From: a bacterium
Lineage (GTDB): Bacteria > Hinthialibacterota > Hinthialibacteria > Hinthialibacterales > Hinthialibacteraceae
DNA length: 64,000 nt
Direction: 5' to 3'
Assembly: GCA_963663405.2 (NCBI GenBank)
Contig: CAXXSM010000076.1
Span: forward strand, 64,001-128,000
Made by a program: the position numbers and the translations under genes. Positions 61,746 through 64,000 of the stretch are shown piece by piece (the stretch's first letter is position 1; each line of letters starts with the position of its first letter). The notes beneath the pieces were generated by a model that worked only from the letters and a program-made list of their open reading frames with translations, did no database searches and was not told the DNA's origin.

Positions 61746-63215
61746 ATGAGAAATTGCGCGATACTGAATCCTACACGTATTCTTCAAGGTTCTTTTATCC
61801 TATTCATTGTTCTATTTCATTTTGTGGATGCTTCTTGTATTGAATACACAGTGAAGCAAGATGGGACGGGTGATTTCACAACGGTTCAAGAGGCGCTGGA
61901 CGCCGCGTCTTCTGGCGATGTTGTGACCGTGTCCGGCGGTTCATATGTTGAAGATGTGAGTATTGGACATTTCAACGTTCCTTCATTGAAAAAAGATAAT
62001 ATTACTTTCCGCGCCGCCGAGGGAGAAACCGTCGAAATTATTGCGGCCAACACCAAAAACCGGGCGGGTGGATTGACACAAGCTGGATTCGATCCAGGCC
62101 CCGCCGACCGCGCCGGCTTTGTTTTGAATGGAGATAACGCTCTCATTGAAGGAATCAGATTCATCCAACCTTCCGCTGAGTTGAATAATATCGATCAAGC
62201 CTTGGCGGTTATCGTTGGCAGTTCCAATGTCACATTCCGGAATTGTGAAATTGTGGGACCTTCCCCTGATGACGGCCCCGCCTCGAATACGGAAGGGGAT
62301 TTGGTTGGATTGGCCATTTCCCCGATCGACGTATTCGCGCTGAGTCAAGGAACGGGTGTACCTCCAACGAATCTGACTATGGAAAACTGCCGGTTCCATC
62401 ATGTTGAATTCGGATTCGGTACCGAAGATATGTTGAAAACGGGTTTGCCGCCTGAGACAACCTTGCGGAATTGTGAATTTTATTACAACCGCAATGGAGT
62501 TGAAGTGAATGATGGAACTGTCCATCTGTTTGATTGTAATATCCATGACAATAGCGTCGGCGTTCAGGCCGCTGATGACCAGGCGTTTCTCACCAATTGT
62601 GTCATTTGGAATAATGGAAGACATGGCGTGCAGCTGGATGAAGGGGAGATTGATGCGGTTGAATCCGCTCAGAATCCAACCGTAGTTATCGATCAGTGTG
62701 AAATCAGAGACAATGGCCTGGATAATGAAGGCGCCGGAATCCAGATGGAACTCGGTACGCTGACAGTGAAAAACACGGTTCTCTCGAATAACGTGAACGG
62801 CCAAGTGTTTATCTCTTCCTCCAATAAAGGAGACTCGACGGTAACGATCGATCATTGTGATCTCTATGAATCGATTATGGGATTCGCTATCGCGACTACG
62901 GAAGATCTGATTAGTTTAGCTGATATCACGATTACTAATTCCATTCTTGTTGATGAAATCGGCGTCATGAATAATATGGGAGTGTTAGCGGAATTTACCG
63001 TAGAGTATTGTGATTTCTTCGTGACTGACGAGCCATTTGTTGGCGCATCCATCGTTTCGAATACTATTCTAAACATAGCGCCTGGATACGTTGATGCGGA
63101 GAGTGGAGATTTTTACCTTACGCCGGATTCCCCACTGACTACGGCCGCGCAGGATGGGGAGTACATTGGATCGAAAGGCGTTAAAACGCCAGTGGTGAAT
63201 TGGATGGTTCACTAA
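61746..63215 (+). CDS. Secreted right-handed beta-helix (pectin lyase-like) protein with C-terminal WxxH motif
   Basis: VKQDGTGDFTTVQEALDAA cap, T..NC.I..N repeats, GDFYL...SP; ends TPVVNWMVH. Confidence 0.82.
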   Translation: MRNCAILNPTRILQGSFILFIVLFHFVDASCIEYTVKQDGTGDFTTVQEALDAASSGDVVTVSGGSYVEDVSIGHFNVPSLKKDNITFRAAEGETVEIIAANTKNRAGGLTQAGFDPGPADRAGFVLNGDNALIEGIRFIQPSAELNNIDQALAVIVGSSNVTFRNCEIVGPSPDDGPASNTEGDLVGLAISPIDVFALSQGTGVPPTNLTMENCRFHHVEFGFGTEDMLKTGLPPETTLRNCEFYYNRNGVEVNDGTVHLFDCNIHDNSVGVQAADDQAFLTNCVIWNNGRHGVQLDEGEIDAVESAQNPTVVIDQCEIRDNGLDNEGAGIQMELGTLTVKNTVLSNNVNGQVFISSSNKGDSTVTIDHCDLYESIMGFAIATTEDLISLADITITNSILVDEIGVMNNMGVLAEFTVEYCDFFVTDEPFVGASIVSNTILNIAPGYVDAESGDFYLTPDSPLTTAAQDGEYIGSKGVKTPVVNWMVH

Positions 63216-63221
63216 GAGGAC

Positions 63222-63296
63222 AGTGGATCGCGTTTTAATGATCCACTTTATATATTGATCGCTCCCGGTGGGTCAATAAAGCGCGGTCTGCCCTAC
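63222..63296. repeat. REP doublet, family A
   Basis: GTGGATCGCGTTTTAATGATCCAC and inverted GGTGGGTCAATAAAGCGCGGTCTGCCCTAC. Confidence 0.7.
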
Positions 63297-63330
63297 CGCG
63301 GCTTATTTGCGCGTTTGAATCTCAATCATT

Positions 63331-63801
63331 TCATGTGTGAAACAAGGATTGGAGGCGCGTAGGGATGAAATGGGCGAGCATGGAGCGGCGTTTTTCGCGG
63401 CGTTCTGTCGATCCATCCAAGATTGATTCCACTGCTTGCGCCATTGTTTCTATACTGATTGGCCGATGGAGCGCCGTGGGGACATTGTATCGTTTTAATC
63501 GATTCATCTCCTCTTGTGTGATCGAGGAGTAGATCGACAGAATCCTCGAATATTGAAAGATTCCTTTCAGCAGCCAAAGTATATAACTGGGAGAAGAGAC
63601 AGTATCGCTCTGTCCCAAAATGCAGAGATCATAGTTTTTGTACCGCGCGTGGTTCCATAAATCCAGATCATCACTTGCCGTTATAATTGTACCGTTCTGA
63701 TTGGATACAATCCGTTTCAACAATGTAAGTTCTTCTGGCAGTAATCCAATAGATAGAATGCGCAACGCCTGCTCATCCTCATGAGGCATCTTCATATTCA
63801 C
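63331..63801 (-). CDS. Atypical single-domain receiver-like protein
   Basis: RILSI, YDLCIL (no phospho-Asp), L.RPIS...AVE fold pattern; GGAGG RBS. Confidence 0.5.
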   Translation of the reverse strand: MNMKMPHEDEQALRILSIGLLPEELTLLKRIVSNQNGTIITASDDLDLWNHARYKNYDLCILGQSDTVSSPSYILWLLKGIFQYSRILSIYSSITQEEMNRLKRYNVPTALHRPISIETMAQAVESILDGSTERREKRRSMLAHFIPTRLQSLFHT

Positions 63802-64000
63802 CTCCGTGAGTATACGATTCTCTCAATCACGTATTCAAATGGAGCGCGGCGCCAGCGTCCATTCTTTACTGAATTAGTAGCACAATTTTATTGGATTGTC
63901 ATTTCAGGAAAGGAAAATGTTGGAAACGGATGTGGTATTATAGAAACCTCAATCCTTCTTCCTTGCCCACAGAGCGGATATGTTGGGCTGCTTGGTTATA

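Overview
Bacterial chromosomal window. Gene style suggests a Sumerlaeota/Hinthialibacterota(OLB16)-like, PVC-adjacent candidate lineage; this is inference, and the full 16S in the window can test it. Core content: 3' end of a bat (batB-C-D-E) operon, a groEL without groES, an RbsBAC-type sugar ABC transporter, rtcB, a complete minus-strand rRNA operon (16S-tRNA-Ile-tRNA-Ala-23S-5S), HU, a B12 radical SAM enzyme, a DUF115/MAF protein, ModBC-like and other ABC parts, an M61 peptidase and several secreted glycan-related proteins. batE and groEL each carry a 1-nt homopolymer frameshift, probably sequencing error. Three higher-order patterns stand out. (1) At least five short palindromic repeat families (GTAG-type REP/REPIN plus four others) sit at gene 3' ends and repeatedly form direct repeats around single accessory genes (TA modules, FRG, immunity-like orphans, a phosphoesterase), a cassette-like system with no integrase or transposase in view. 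(2) Three unrelated signal-peptide proteins end in the same P-[VI]-x-x-W-x-[LV]-[YH]-stop motif, a candidate C-terminal sorting signal. (3) Five dispersed paralogous pilin/pseudopilin genes share fixed blocks (GFTLIELL...PNFLNAQ, L[TS][TS]PxxY, GPD, YxxSNGxxSxGD) around hypervariable loops, including a recent tandem duplication. All calls come from reading the sequence by eye; no database searches were run.
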